Shown one piece after another: positions 48,062 to 59,721 of a stretch of 64,000 nucleotides of DNA (positions are counted from its first letter, which is position 1; each line of letters starts with the position of its first letter). The notes under the pieces were generated by a model, which worked only from the letters and a program-made list of their open reading frames with translations, did not search any database and had not been told where the DNA came from. The translations under genes and the position numbers were made by a program. The stretch lies in contig CAXWPJ010000009.1 of assembly GCA_963664115.2 (NCBI GenBank), positions 1,216,001 to 1,280,000 on the forward strand. The letters are read 5' to 3'. This DNA is from Terriglobia bacterium. Lineage in GTDB: Bacteria > Acidobacteriota > Terriglobia > 20CM-2-55-15.

Positions 48062-50880
48062 CTAGTATCGGGCAACTGGTAGACGAAACTCAGCGTGTAG
48101 CGGTGACGCACGTCGAAATCAGCGTCAGCCCTGTCGGCCCGTGCATTGGTATCGTCCTGGAATGGGTGGGCAGGATCCGCTTGCGACGCAAAACCTTCAC
48201 CCGGCCTATCGTCGATCGCGTGACCCCAGGTGTAGGACGAGATCAGCGCCAGGCGGTTTGAAAATCGCCGTTCAGCCCGAACTTGCAGAGAGTGAAAAAT
48301 TGAACTGCCCGCCTGTTCGAGCATCAATATCGGTCCGAATCCCGCAAAATCGCCGGCCGAATTGACATTGCGGAGCCGTTGCGCCTTGAGGACGTGGTTG
48401 CCGACATAAGCGACATCCAGGACAGTCTCCGGAAGAATCTCCTGTTGAATTCCAAAATTCCAGTGCTCGGCGTAGGTGTCACGATAATCTACGGGTATTC
48501 CAAACGGTAAAACGTTAGGGAACGCAACTCCGAATGGGTCGTCAATGGTACCGATTCCGATTCGAATGTCGCCGTAGGGGGAATTCGTCATTTGGAAGAA
48601 GTTGTGGCGCTGTTGGTTGTCGTAGAAAATGCCCCCACCTGCGCGTATGACCGTCGTTTCACTGCCGAGGGGGCGGTATGCGAATCCAAAACGCGGAGCG
48701 AAGTTATTCCAATCGTCCTTAACCAGTTGCTCGCTCGTACCATCCTCTCCCGCAATGACGAAGCAGTTGCAGCCCGGCTCCCAGTTCGACTGTTCGTTGC
48801 CCTCTTCGATGATGCGCCCATACCATTCCCAACGGAGACCGTAATTAAGGGTGAGGTTCGGCGTAAGCTTCCAGTCGTCCTGAACATACCAGGCGAATTC
48901 CGTCTTGTGGCTGTTGCCAGTCAGATCGCCACCAAAGGAAATCGATATGCTGCCTGTTCCGAGGAACATGTCCGCCAGTCCGTTAAGGGTCTGCGGCTGG
49001 CCAAACGCGGAGAAACCGTTAAACCGGAACTGGTTCGTGCCCGCTGACAGGCCACCGAAATAGTACCGACGGATATCGGCTCCGAATTTTAACTGGTGGT
49101 TGCCTTTAAACCAGGAGAACTGGTTGACAAGGTTGAAGGTGTCTGCAACGCGCAGGAATCGGCGATTGCTGCCGATTCTGTCCACCTCAGCGGGGCGAAA
49201 ATCGAGGAAGGTCTCGTTGACTCCCGCAATCCCCGACTGGTTCGCTGGCATGGCCCGAAGCGGCGTCTGAGGCTGTTTGAACCTGTTATAGCCAAAACGT
49301 AATTCGTGGACCATATTGCCGCCAATTGCCGTCGTGAGACTCAGCCCGGAATTGGTTCGTATCCGGTCATTTACCTGTGAGAAACCGCTCAGATTGGTTT
49401 CGCCGGGTGTATCGGTCCAGAACGGGTCCAGAACACGAGCGTTACTGAAACTGTAACGGCCCATCAAATCCGTGCCTTCGAACAAGCGGTGATCTACCCG
49501 AATCGAGACGTCGTCCGCATCTTCTATGTGATTCGCCGTTTCGATTCGATTGCCTCGGATAACGCCAGGCACGTTCGGGAGGGGATAGGCCAGAATTACG
49601 TCTCGAGTGATAGCGTTCATTCGATCCGCAGGGATAATGGCCCCTGGGAACGGGTCGCCCGTAGCCGGGTCGATAATAGGGTTGGCAACTTCGCTGAAAT
49701 TTCCCTCTCTCATCAGAAGCGTGGGTACGGTTGCGCGTCGTACATCGCCCCGTTTTTCTCTCAAACCTTCATAAAAGGCGAAGAAAAAGGTCCGGTCTTC
49801 TACGATCGGACCGCCGACGGCTGCACCGAACTGGTTCCGGATCAGTGAGGACTCTGCGTCCGCGCTTGAAAAGAAGTTTCGAGCGTCCACGTTATCATTT
49901 CGGAGGAACTCCCAGAACGATCCGTGAAAGGCATTCGATCCTGATCGGGTCGTTGCGTTGATGACCGCTCCGGCGTTGCGGCCAAACTCTGCCGCATAGG
50001 AACTCTGTTCCACTTTGAATTCCTGAATCAAATCCACGGACGGCTGAAAGGAGAAATTCCTCAGGACAGGATCCACGTTGTCGAACCCGTCCAGGAAAAA
50101 CGAGTTGAAGTTCTCATCCATACCGACCACGTTGAAACCACCGCGATTGTCCAACTCCGATCCCTGGGCGTTCGTCACAGCGCCTGGAACGAGTTGGATC
50201 AATGCGTCGAATTTGCGCCCATTGATCGGAAGTTCGATGATTTTTTGAGAGTCGATGACGCTGCCGATCGACGATTCGTCGGTCTGGAGCAGGGGTGTGT
50301 CCGCAACGACCTCGATGACTTGATTGATTGCGCCCACCTGCAGGGTAATGTCGAAACGCGCGCTTTGATCAATCTGCAGGGTGATCCCCGTGCGACGTTC
50401 CGTATTGAATCCTGCGACCGACGCCTCGAGTTCGTAGGAGCCTACGGGAAGGCCGGGCGCAGAGTAGTTTCCGGAAGCGTTCGTCGTAACCGTCCGACTC
50501 TGGTTTGTTCCTGTATTAACTATAGTTATTGCGACACCCGTGACGACCGCGCCGTCGGTATCGGTCACCGTTCCCTGTATTGTACCCGTCAGGGTTTGTC
50601 CCCACCCCGAAGATGCAAATAAGACCAGCATCAAAAACAGGCCACTTCGTTCCATCAAACAATCTCTGTAATAGCGCATTTGAAATCCTTTCCGATACGC
50701 CGCGCCGGCGAAATGCCGAGCGTTCCCACCTAACCCCCGATGCTAACCTGGGGCCATCTCTTGTCAACGAGATATTATACGATTCTTTCCATATTTTCAG
50801 ATAGTTAAGTCCTCTCGGACGGACGCATCAGGAGTTCTCGGCATACTTCGGGAGGGTCATCGGTGGCAGAAGATCGTGGC

Positions 50881-51369
50881 TTAGCGGAGCACGGCAAGTG
50901 TTCGGGCCAGGAGGTCATGCAGCGCCTGCTTCCGTTCAGTGAACGCAGCCATGATGAATCCAATGCCGAACAGAAGGCTGGACACGTACTTGGCGAAGTG
51001 CCGGCCCGTCGCTCTTCCGAAAGTCAGGCGTTCCCCGGCTGTGTCGGTGACGATAATGCCCAGCGCAATTTTCCCAAGCGTCGCTTGCTTCTCGCTACTG
51101 AGCATCAGTGCCTCGTAAATCCAGGGTATGGCCAGTCCGAAGACGACGCCGACACTCGAGACCATCGCCAGCACTCCCAGAACTACGACGAGAAAAAACC
51201 AGTCGATGACGAAGGCGCCGGCCCTCACCCAGAAACCTGCGGATGTTGGCGTACCGGTCCGGGTTTGTAGGGATGAGCCCGTCTCTCCTATTGGAATTGG
51301 GATTCCGCAGGACTGGCAGTATCGGGCGTGATCGGAATTTGTCTGGCCGCAGGAGGCGCAAACGATCAT
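50881..51369 (-). CDS. RDD-family membrane protein with zinc ribbon
   Basis: CASC..YCQSC; AGFWVRAGAFVID, ATLGK, QALHD. Confidence 0.88.
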   Translation of the reverse strand: MIVCASCGQTNSDHARYCQSCGIPIPIGETGSSLQTRTGTPTSAGFWVRAGAFVIDWFFLVVVLGVLAMVSSVGVVFGLAIPWIYEALMLSSEKQATLGKIALGIIVTDTAGERLTFGRATGRHFAKYVSSLLFGIGFIMAAFTERKQALHDLLARTLAVLR

Positions 51370-51507
51370 TACTTGGGTTCTCCTTGAACGCTGATTCTAT
51401 CCTATAGAAGGCAATGGCAAGGGGGTGTGGAAGTCTCGTGTGCTTCTGTGCCCTCATAATGCGCAACGAGAAAAACAAACGACACCACCGCTTATACTTC
51501 TCCCGAG

Positions 51508-52722
51508 ATGGGAATTCTTTGGAACCTGCTGGTTGCTGTTTCCTGGGCACTCGCTGCATGGTCGCTCCTGACTTTTCTGCGCGTACCTTCGTATCTGTTT
51601 TGGAAACCCGCAATAGCTGCCACGGAGTGGGGTCACTGGTTGCTATGGCTTGCTCTGGGCACCGTGGTCGCGGGTCTTGCGATGGGCCGGACTCTTTGGA
51701 CTGTCGTGCCGGCGGCGCTCGCCGTGATTTGTTTTGCCTCGCCCAGTTTGCGGGCGATGTTTGTTGCCGGGGACATCCAAAAGGATCTTGACGGAGTGTT
51801 TCCTCGTCGAGAGTTTCGCTCCGCAGGGAAGTTGTCACGCCGGTATCCGTTCGTCGTTTCCGACCTGCCACACATTCGGATTCCCGCCGTGGAGAAAAGC
51901 CATGTCGTTTATAGAGAAATCGACGAAACGCGACTGACGCTGGATTTGTATTGCGCAAAAGACATCAGTGGAAGACCGCCTGTGGTCATCGTTGTCCACG
52001 GTGGGTCATGGCGTAGCGGTGACAATTCGCAACTGGAGGGAATGAATCGTTATTTGGCGGCGGCCGGTTACGCTGTCGCGGCTATAAACTACCGGCTTGC
52101 ACCCGCATTCCGCTTTCCCGCAGCGCTGGAGGACATCCGGGGATCGATATCTTTCCTTGAGGAGCACGGGGACGATTTCGGAATCGATTCTTCACGTGTG
52201 GTCTTGTTGGGCCGTTCTGCCGGTGGCCATCTGGCCTTGCTTGCCGCCTATACCTTGGACCATGAAGCCATTCGTGGGGTTGTCGGGCTGTACCCGCCAA
52301 CCGATATGAAGTGGAGTTGGCAACGCCCTTCACCCAAGCGGATCATGGATAGCAATGCAGCTATAGCCGAATTGATCGGGGGGAGCCTCGAGAAAGCGGC
52401 GGGCGCCTTCGACCAGGCATCTCCGATACGCTTCGTGCGGCCGGATTCGCCGCCCACTCTTCTGATCCACGGCGGGAAGGACATGCTGGTGTCTCCGTTG
52501 CAGAGCCGTCGGCTGGCACGGGAGTTGGCGCGTGCCGCTGTACCTCACTTCCATTTGGAGTTGGGGTGGGGTAATCATGGAATGGATGCCAATCTTGCCG
52601 GCCCTTCCGGTCAGATGACTCTCTACGCGGTCGAGCGTTTCCTGGAATTCGCGATGAGAACTAATAGTAATCGGCGACACTCGTTGGAGCCGCAAATTTC
52701 GAGCGAAAGTTTCAACTCTTAA
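51508..52722 (+). CDS. Membrane-anchored alpha/beta hydrolase
   Basis: HGGSW, INYRLAP, GRSAGGHL, HGGKD. Confidence 0.88.
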   Translation: MGILWNLLVAVSWALAAWSLLTFLRVPSYLFWKPAIAATEWGHWLLWLALGTVVAGLAMGRTLWTVVPAALAVICFASPSLRAMFVAGDIQKDLDGVFPRREFRSAGKLSRRYPFVVSDLPHIRIPAVEKSHVVYREIDETRLTLDLYCAKDISGRPPVVIVVHGGSWRSGDNSQLEGMNRYLAAAGYAVAAINYRLAPAFRFPAALEDIRGSISFLEEHGDDFGIDSSRVVLLGRSAGGHLALLAAYTLDHEAIRGVVGLYPPTDMKWSWQRPSPKRIMDSNAAIAELIGGSLEKAAGAFDQASPIRFVRPDSPPTLLIHGGKDMLVSPLQSRRLARELARAAVPHFHLELGWGNHGMDANLAGPSGQMTLYAVERFLEFAMRTNSNRRHSLEPQISSESFNS

Positions 52723-52729
52723 CTGAAAC

Positions 52730-54028
52730 CTAGCACGATGACACACGATTCCGCCCGCCTTCTTTGGCCAGATACAGCGCCGCGTCGGCGCGGGAAAGCA
52801 GGCTGTCGGGCCCATCTTCGGGCTTGAACTGTGTGACCCCGAAACTCGCCGTGACGTTGGCGCCGGTGGGTACGCGTAATGACTCCGTTCGTGCCCGGAC
52901 GCGTTCAGATATCTCCAGGGCTGATTCCAGGTCCGTATTGGGCAGGAGCAACACGAATTCTTCACCGCCGTACCGGGCGGGAGTGTCTTCCTTCCGGCAC
53001 GAGGCGCCTAATAATCCTCCGAAAGCCGAAAGCACCTGGTCTCCGGCGGCATGGCCGAAGTTGTCGTTGATATCCTTGAAGTGATCCAGATCACACAGAA
53101 CGAGGCTCAGCGGCTGTTTGGTCCTCTTCGAAAACGAAATCGATTTTTCGAGCGTGTTCTTCAGAGACCGTCTGTTCGGGAGCTTCGTGAGTGAATCCTG
53201 ATTCATGAGTGAGCGGATTGTCGCGTTTGCTTTCTCCAGGTCTTTGTTCCGCTGCTTTAGTTGATCGGCCAGTTTCTTTCGAATCCGAATGTCGCGTGCG
53301 ATACCCTGAACACCCACCGGCTTTCCGTTCGCATACATGAGACGTGTGTTCAACTCCATCGGTATCCGGCGTCCATCCTTGGTGAGTAGTTCGATTTCAT
53401 AGACGGTCGATTCCCGGCCTGACAGTTTGAGAGCCGTCATCTGTTTGAGCAAGGTCCGATATTCGGGCGCTACGAAGTGGGAGAAAGGAACGCCCAGGAT
53501 CTCGGCAGACGAATATCCGCTAATGCGCTCGGCAGCCTTGTTCATGCTGATGAATTTGCCTTCCAGATCGCCCGTACAGATCACGTCATCCGCGTTTTCC
53601 ACCAGATCAGAATATTTCTGTTCCATCATGTCCAGCGTGCTCTCAAGTTCTCTCCTGGCCGTTACGTCATAAGCGACCGTGTAAATTTCGCCTCGTTCTT
53701 CGGATGCATGAATGGACCACTCTAACCAGACATAGCTGCCGTCTTTTCGACTATGACGGAGTTCAACGGTTCCCGGATCTTTGCCGTCACGGCTGGGGAC
53801 TGCCTTAGACCTGTCGTCGGGATGGATGAGAGCCGTGTAGGGGATCGTGGATACGTCTTCAATGGCGTATCCCAGTTTGTCGGCCCATGCCAGGTTGATC
53901 CATCGATAGCGACCTTCGCCATCGGTCACACCCATCAGAGCCGGAGACAATTCAGAAAGAATCCGCAACTCTTCGCTGAGGTCGTCTGCTCCGGTTTTCT
54001 GCTTCATAAGCTGTGAGGCCGTGCCCAC
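52730..54028 (-). CDS. PAS-PAS diguanylate cyclase
   Basis: Two PAS domains, DSLTKLPNRR, DLDHFKDIND, RKED I-site, RYGGEEF. Confidence 0.92.
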   Translation of the reverse strand: MGTASQLMKQKTGADDLSEELRILSELSPALMGVTDGEGRYRWINLAWADKLGYAIEDVSTIPYTALIHPDDRSKAVPSRDGKDPGTVELRHSRKDGSYVWLEWSIHASEERGEIYTVAYDVTARRELESTLDMMEQKYSDLVENADDVICTGDLEGKFISMNKAAERISGYSSAEILGVPFSHFVAPEYRTLLKQMTALKLSGRESTVYEIELLTKDGRRIPMELNTRLMYANGKPVGVQGIARDIRIRKKLADQLKQRNKDLEKANATIRSLMNQDSLTKLPNRRSLKNTLEKSISFSKRTKQPLSLVLCDLDHFKDINDNFGHAAGDQVLSAFGGLLGASCRKEDTPARYGGEEFVLLLPNTDLESALEISERVRARTESLRVPTGANVTASFGVTQFKPEDGPDSLLSRADAALYLAKEGGRNRVSSC

Positions 54029-54351
54029 ACCGAAACTGAGTGGATCGAATATTCACGAATCCATCGGCTACGCGGGACGACATCCCGAGAATTATCCGCT
54101 ATTTTCGTAAGGGATGCTACATGCGCGCAACGGGTGCATTCCTAGGCTGCGCTCTTAAATCATTTCGAAGAAGGGCTATAGAACTTGGGGAGCGTCGGGC
54201 ATCGTCGGTGATGGCTTTCCCAACGACCCCACTACGCGACTCATGGCATCTGAGTTCGGACTCTGGAATATTTCCGCCGCCGGGAATCAATAGTCCCATT
54301 CCAGTCCCAGAAAGTCCATGAACGGGGCCCTCGACACTTCTGCCACGGCTG

Positions 54352-56031
54352 CTAGCGGGTCTGATCCTTTAGTCTAGACAGAATCCGCTCTTCCTTCCGT
54401 TCCATGTTCTCTTCAGTCCCGCGACGCGCGATGCTGTAATCGTTCATATCGACGAGCATATGTTCGGCGAGGAGAGGAAACTTGCTCCGGACCAGCTTGT
54501 ACTTTTCCTGTTCGATCCTACGGTATGTCGGGTGCCCTTGAGAGATCGTGCGCAATTCCGTTTCCCAGAACAGCTGCCTGAAGTTCTGCCACTGGTAAAA
54601 CCTGACGCGGTACGCAAGCGGGACAACGTACTGAGCCAATTCGGGTTCTCGCGTTTCGAGGGTGTGAAATAGTCCGCTGGCGCGGTCCAGTGCCTTTCTG
54701 TACCGGTCTTCGAAACCCGCTTCCGTGATTTCCGTCGGAACATCGTATCCATGATGCGTCGAGAACATCTGGCGTTCCTGGGTCATCATCCTGTGCCGGT
54801 GGAGATCGCGATACGAGCCGACGTCCACCAGTATTTCGAAACGAAGATAAGAGTTCTCCAGCGAGCGGCCGACCTTATACCAACGTGCCGGGCGTTCGGC
54901 CAGATACCGTTCGAGCAGGTCCCTCTTCTCTTGATCTGAAAGCCCACAGACGGTTTGAAAAGCCTCGTCCCAGCCTACACGCGTGTGGGCGAACAATATG
55001 CCGGTCAGGACCTTTTTCTCGGCGTCTGAATCCCATTCAACGAGTCTGACTCCCGCCTGGGAATCTTCGGGGGCGGAGCGTGGCGGATGCTGGGCGGCGA
55101 ATTCGCGAACGCGTTCGTGCTTTCGAGTCAGATACTCCTGATAGCCTCTCGATTTTTCATCTTGCAGCCTCAAAAGTAACGATGGAATTTCCTTGTCCAG
55201 TTCCTGCTTGAGCGCGGTCGCAAGCCAGCGTAATTCACCCAAAGGATGCTGTGTCGTCCGGTTGAGGAGGTATTCAAAGGACTGGGCATTGCCTCGGAGT
55301 GCCACCTGTCCCAACGTGGCCATCGGAAGCAAGCCGCGCAAAGTATCAAAAGCCTTTTTCTCGAGAATCGAGTCGCTCTCGTCGAAATTGGTTTTGAGCC
55401 ATTCCTGGAGCGGTTCGAGCAGTGCGACATAGGTATCGAAGAGGCAGTCCATGGTCGATACATAGTCATCGAGGCAGTCCAGTCGTTCCAGATCGGGCCG
55501 TGGCACGTAGTACAGGTAACGGCCGCCGACCTTGTTCCCGAAATTGACATAGCGCGTGGATTTTTCGATTGGCTCGAGACCGATCCGTTGATCCTCTACG
55601 AATTTCATCGCGACTTGTGAGATGCCCCAGAAGATGACGTGTGTGCCGGTCATCTGCGCAATGGAGTCGTCCCCGTACTGGGAAAGCCATTTTGCGTAAA
55701 ACTTCTGGGCGCGATGGTTGTCGAGTATGTTTCGAAAACCGTGTTCCCTGAAGAACTGGACTGTCGATTCCAGTTCCCGGGCCAGCGCCTGATCGTCTCC
55801 GTCGACGATGGGATAGATGTACTCCTTCAGCAGGACTTCCAATAAAGAACCCCGAGCCCGGCTGGCCCTGGAACAGAGTGCACCGACGATTTCGGGGGGG
55901 AGGTTTCTCAGTACCGACACGAGCCCCCCCGCATTCGTCGCGAAGGGGTCGAGGAAATGGAGATCTCGTTCCGACCAACTGTGGGGTGTGAAATCGGGCG
56001 CGTACTGTTCGGGACCTCGATCAGAGTTCAT
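54352..56031 (-). CDS. thyX: FAD-dependent thymidylate synthase, long tandem-domain form
   Basis: YGDDSIAQ, EKSTRY, RGLLP, RDLHRHRM, ELRT..QGH. Confidence 0.85.
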   Translation of the reverse strand: MNSDRGPEQYAPDFTPHSWSERDLHFLDPFATNAGGLVSVLRNLPPEIVGALCSRASRARGSLLEVLLKEYIYPIVDGDDQALARELESTVQFFREHGFRNILDNHRAQKFYAKWLSQYGDDSIAQMTGTHVIFWGISQVAMKFVEDQRIGLEPIEKSTRYVNFGNKVGGRYLYYVPRPDLERLDCLDDYVSTMDCLFDTYVALLEPLQEWLKTNFDESDSILEKKAFDTLRGLLPMATLGQVALRGNAQSFEYLLNRTTQHPLGELRWLATALKQELDKEIPSLLLRLQDEKSRGYQEYLTRKHERVREFAAQHPPRSAPEDSQAGVRLVEWDSDAEKKVLTGILFAHTRVGWDEAFQTVCGLSDQEKRDLLERYLAERPARWYKVGRSLENSYLRFEILVDVGSYRDLHRHRMMTQERQMFSTHHGYDVPTEITEAGFEDRYRKALDRASGLFHTLETREPELAQYVVPLAYRVRFYQWQNFRQLFWETELRTISQGHPTYRRIEQEKYKLVRSKFPLLAEHMLVDMNDYSIARRGTEENMERKEERILSRLKDQTR

Positions 56032-56214
56032 GGTATCGGAGCGAACTATAGCAGAGAGAGTGTCAATACAGGACCGGCGTGGGTCGGTTCGAGCGTTCTT
56101 TCAAGGTGTGGACAGGCAAGAGGCCTGGCAATCAGGATGATAGCGCCAGACGCCCCTCGCTCGGCCCAGCGCGGTTGACGCGACATGGATGTCCGCCGGG
56201 AGAACCAGGGCTCG

Positions 56215-56979
56215 CTACTTGATCCTGAACACGATGTCGTCGCCCCGGCTCTCAAACTCCGAGCCGGGTTGGTCGGCCGCTGTCTCCAGTATCCGATTCG
56301 GACCGGCGGACAGAACCAAAACAGCGATCGTGGGCAACACGGCTGCACTGCCGAGCTCTCTGAAGTGCCTGACGTGTAACTTCCGGACATTGATCATGTA
56401 TTTGCCGCCCCATGGGTCGGCCTTCGACATCGTGGCGACATAAGGTCCAGACCAGCCCTGTTGTGGATTCGGGAAGGAGCCCTGTTCCCTGTACGCTTCG
56501 TTGCCCTCAAAGGTGATGCCGCTATCGAGACTGCGGAGGTCAATTCGATTCCGCAGGAGATGGCCTTCGATCGTATCGTCCGATACGGCTACTTCGTGGC
56601 CGAAGACTTCGGCCAGCGAGGCGTAGGTGACCGGTTGGGGCGGTATGTCCCAGGTTTGGGTCAGATCCTCCGGGTAGACCCCGCTTTCAGAAACCAGATT
56701 GTTGAAGAATTCATCGTTGGGGCCCACCTGGGTACCAACCTTGAAGACAGGGAAGAACGTGTTGTCCTTGTAGAAGGTGACCACACCCTGAGCGATGGTA
56801 TTGACTTCGCTCACCGCAGCTTGAATCTTGGAATCGTTGATGGCATCCACGCTACCAGCGATGGCCACCGTTGCCAGCATGGCGCCGAGCGCTATCGTGG
56901 CCGACGCTTCAACCAGAGAGGTCGCAACGCCGTCATTATCCTCGAACATTCTGCGAACTACGGATAGAACGTTCATCAT
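56215..56979 (-). CDS. Pilin/GspG-like protein with atypical prepilin site
   Basis: GVATSLVEA + hydrophobic helix; WSGPY, DPWG, VLSAGPN, GDDI motifs. Confidence 0.75.
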   Translation of the reverse strand: MMNVLSVVRRMFEDNDGVATSLVEASATIALGAMLATVAIAGSVDAINDSKIQAAVSEVNTIAQGVVTFYKDNTFFPVFKVGTQVGPNDEFFNNLVSESGVYPEDLTQTWDIPPQPVTYASLAEVFGHEVAVSDDTIEGHLLRNRIDLRSLDSGITFEGNEAYREQGSFPNPQQGWSGPYVATMSKADPWGGKYMINVRKLHVRHFRELGSAAVLPTIAVLVLSAGPNRILETAADQPGSEFESRGDDIVFRIK

Positions 56980-57120
56980 CTCACTCCTTTTTTAACAGGT
57001 TTTTTTCGCAATTCGGGGTCAACGTCCCTGGAGGGAGTCGAAACGAAATTCTCGATAGTAATGTCGGATGGGGGGAATACCGGCCGGCAGATCACGGTCG
57101 GCGAATCTCACGGATTCGAT

Positions 57121-57210
57121 CGATGTGTCGCCTGTCTTTTGCTACACGGACCGGACCGATGTGTCGCTTGTCTTTTGCTATACGGACCGGACCGATGTGT
57201 CGCTTGTCTT
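57121..57210. repeat. 36-bp tandem repeat x2.5
   Basis: cgatgtgtcgcYtgtcttttgctaYacggaccggac. Confidence 0.85.
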
Positions 57211-57363
57211 CAAATAAAGGACACGATGCCATGGTTGCCTTACTCCTGTAGCGGAAACAAACAACCTAGAGAACTAGGCGAATCTTATAGAAGGAAGGTC
57301 GTCCGGTCAATTCAAACTGGCAAACAACAGCCGTTTACGGAAACAGGCGTCTGCTGCATCTTC

Positions 57364-57849
57364 CTACCAGTACCCGATCAGCCGGCCCGCACTGATAGCC
57401 GTCAGCCAGCACGCGAGCGATATGCCACCCACGACTGATAGTTGGAACTGTTCGCGCGACGAGAGCTCCCGCGCGTTTCTTTCTTTCCAGGCCGGCAAGA
57501 GATTCAGGGCGGCGACATTGATAAGGCCCAGCATGATGGCCGGAAACTTGATGTAGAGAAACGGGTTGCCGATGTACTCCGTCGCGTTGGTCGCGATCAG
57601 GCAGAGGCCACTGGCTGCGGCAAGGGTGAAACCAGCTGTCGCGATGGGTACGCTAGGTCTGGCGACATCGGGAAGGGCAACCTGACGCCATGCCCCCAAC
57701 AATCGGAGGTCGAGAACGAGAAGAGCACCGAACAGTGAAGCCACACCCAGGATGTGGGCGAGGTTAACGATGCCGTAGGTCCATACGCCGGATTCTCTCA
57801 TGGCGTGGCCCAGAAGGGAGCCTTCAAGCCACGCCATGAATGCGTACAA
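57364..57849 (-). CDS. Membrane protein (DUF6644-like)
   Basis: WLEGS...HILG...DLRLLG...GRLIGY. Confidence 0.75.
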   Translation of the reverse strand: MYAFMAWLEGSLLGHAMRESGVWTYGIVNLAHILGVASLFGALLVLDLRLLGAWRQVALPDVARPSVPIATAGFTLAAASGLCLIATNATEYIGNPFLYIKFPAIMLGLINVAALNLLPAWKERNARELSSREQFQLSVVGGISLACWLTAISAGRLIGYW

Positions 57850-57872
57850 ACTCTCCTCCGGTGCGGTACTAG

Positions 57873-59721
57873 CCCCAAAACAAGCGCATAACCAGTCCGC
57901 CGAGGCCCAGTTCGCGCCGATAGAATTCGAGGCATAGAATCCCGTTCCCGGATGGCCTGTTCCAGGTATCGAGTTTCTGTTGAATCTGTTTCAGTTCAGC
58001 CTCGCTGGTGTTGGACGGTTGACAGAAACCGGGACCTCGATCGCCCGGGCTCAGAGTCATGATCGGGTCAACATCGCAGAGGCTGACGCAACACATCCAC
58101 CCCGCGGAACAAGACCGGCAACCACCGGTTCCAGGCCAGGATCCGGAACAGAATGCGCCGCCCGGTGCGCACGAGTTGGCACGGCACAAGCATGAAAGCG
58201 TTCAAGAAGGTTTTGAACTTCATGCGCAGCACGGTTTGCTTCTCAGCCTGATATTTTTGGCCCCAACGTCCGGTTTCGGGAAGCAGCAATGCAAACCACG
58301 CTTTCAGTGTCCAGGCCAGTGACGCGATCACCATGTAGGCCCAGTTGCTGGTCTGATCTCCGACCGGCATCCGCAACGCCTGAACGCCGTTCTTCAACTG
58401 CTCAATGAGATTCTCCTGATTGCACCGTTGATTGGCACGCATCACAATCTGGTCGGCCGGATCCGAACGGTTGGTAATGTAGAAGAAGTACCGGATGTCG
58501 TCAAACAACACCTGCTCTCCTTTGGCCACCGACAGATTCTTCCGCACCACGACGACACGGTAGTCCCGATCGCAGGCTCCGGGTCGATACCGAAACTCGG
58601 CCACATCCTCACCCTGCAAGCGGATATTGTCGAAACCGCGCTGCCGAACGATCTCTTCCTTCACGTTGTCGGGACGTTGGCGCGGTTCGGTCGCCACGTC
58701 GTATTTCGCGGGCCGTTCCAGGCGCTTCCACTGGCGCGGCTCCAGTTCATCGGCCCGGGCCTTCAGGTTCGCCATCGCGTCAATCCCGAATATGAAACCC
58801 ACCTGCTGGTCGTCCCATCCGTCCAGATGCCGGGTCTGGCTGAAGTCCGTGTCCCCGCGCAGCAGGATCTGGCGAAACCCCGCATGCCGGCACAATGCGA
58901 TGGCTTGGTCGAACCGGACCGCGGCTCCTTCATGCGACGGCCGGTTGCCGCTACGATTGACCAGATACAGCGGTTCGGCGGTGTTGGCCAGCGAGATCAT
59001 CAGCGGGTGATATCCCCACGTCCCGTCGTAGGCCACGTCCATCCCTTGCTTGCATTCCCCCGTGGTTTCGGCCAGTGTCCCGTCCGCGTCCAACACCGCT
59101 TCTTCGAAAAACGCCGCCGGTTGCTGTCGCCAGACTCCGAGCCGGACTTGATTGGTTGCCTCCATCAGACACTCCACGTCGTCGGCCTCGAATCTCCGGC
59201 AGAAGTCTCCCGCCGTCGTCGGATCCGGAATCCGTTGCGCTCCCAGCGCATCCAGATACACCGCATCGTTGCGCCGCAGTTCGATGTCTTCCAGGCACGT
59301 TCCTCCGCTCAAGGCGTTGTAGGCGATGTTCAGCACGTGATCCGACTCGTGATACGGCAGGTGCCGCTTCAACACATGCACGCCCTTGTCGATGGCTTCG
59401 ATCAGCCCGGTCCGCCGCGCCACCAGTTGCATCGTCCCGATACCACCAACCGATGTGCCCCGCGTCCGCTCTCCCATCTCGTACTGAATGTTGCTCGCCG
59501 AAAACATCGGCTCTACCTGATCCGTCCAATGCCGGTCCCCAAGCCGACGTTCGATTCGCCGCTTGCGGTTCCTCATGTTCTTGCGCGTATAATCGTTCAT
59601 CTGAAATGCCTCCTTTTCCGAAGAATCTGTTCAAGGTTTTTTTCGCACGGAGAGGGGGCATTTCGGGTACTTCCGCTCTTATTGCACTATCATTTCCTCG
59701 TCAATCACGCTTGTTCAGGGA
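57873..59721 (-). mobile_element. IS1380-family element, copy 3
   Basis: CTAG at 57869 and 59722; one E->K change in transposase versus copies 1 and 2. Confidence 0.92.
58068..59600 (-). CDS. IS1380-family transposase
   Basis: 510 aa, MKFK instead of MEFK. Confidence 0.9.
   Translation of the reverse strand: MNDYTRKNMRNRKRRIERRLGDRHWTDQVEPMFSASNIQYEMGERTRGTSVGGIGTMQLVARRTGLIEAIDKGVHVLKRHLPYHESDHVLNIAYNALSGGTCLEDIELRRNDAVYLDALGAQRIPDPTTAGDFCRRFEADDVECLMEATNQVRLGVWRQQPAAFFEEAVLDADGTLAETTGECKQGMDVAYDGTWGYHPLMISLANTAEPLYLVNRSGNRPSHEGAAVRFDQAIALCRHAGFRQILLRGDTDFSQTRHLDGWDDQQVGFIFGIDAMANLKARADELEPRQWKRLERPAKYDVATEPRQRPDNVKEEIVRQRGFDNIRLQGEDVAEFRYRPGACDRDYRVVVVRKNLSVAKGEQVLFDDIRYFFYITNRSDPADQIVMRANQRCNQENLIEQLKNGVQALRMPVGDQTSNWAYMVIASLAWTLKAWFALLLPETGRWGQKYQAEKQTVLRMKFKTFLNAFMLVPCQLVRTGRRILFRILAWNRWLPVLFRGVDVLRQPLRC

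Larger units (their letters stand above)
45761..50679 (-). pseudogene. TonB-dependent receptor (carboxypeptidase-regulatory-domain/Oar type) split by IS1380 copy 2
   Basis: GTIQGTVTD, LPINGR, YVQDDWK, C-terminal RQIQFGLRYEF; ...PDTS|YEGM... in frame after IS removal. Confidence 0.9.

Noticed and set aside
51095-51958. 287-aa minus-strand ORF
   Set aside because: Overlaps two well-supported genes (RDD protein and hydrolase) and has no motifs.
57121-57210. 36-bp repeat as a mini CRISPR array
   Set aside because: Units are directly adjacent with no unique spacers, and no cas genes are in the window.
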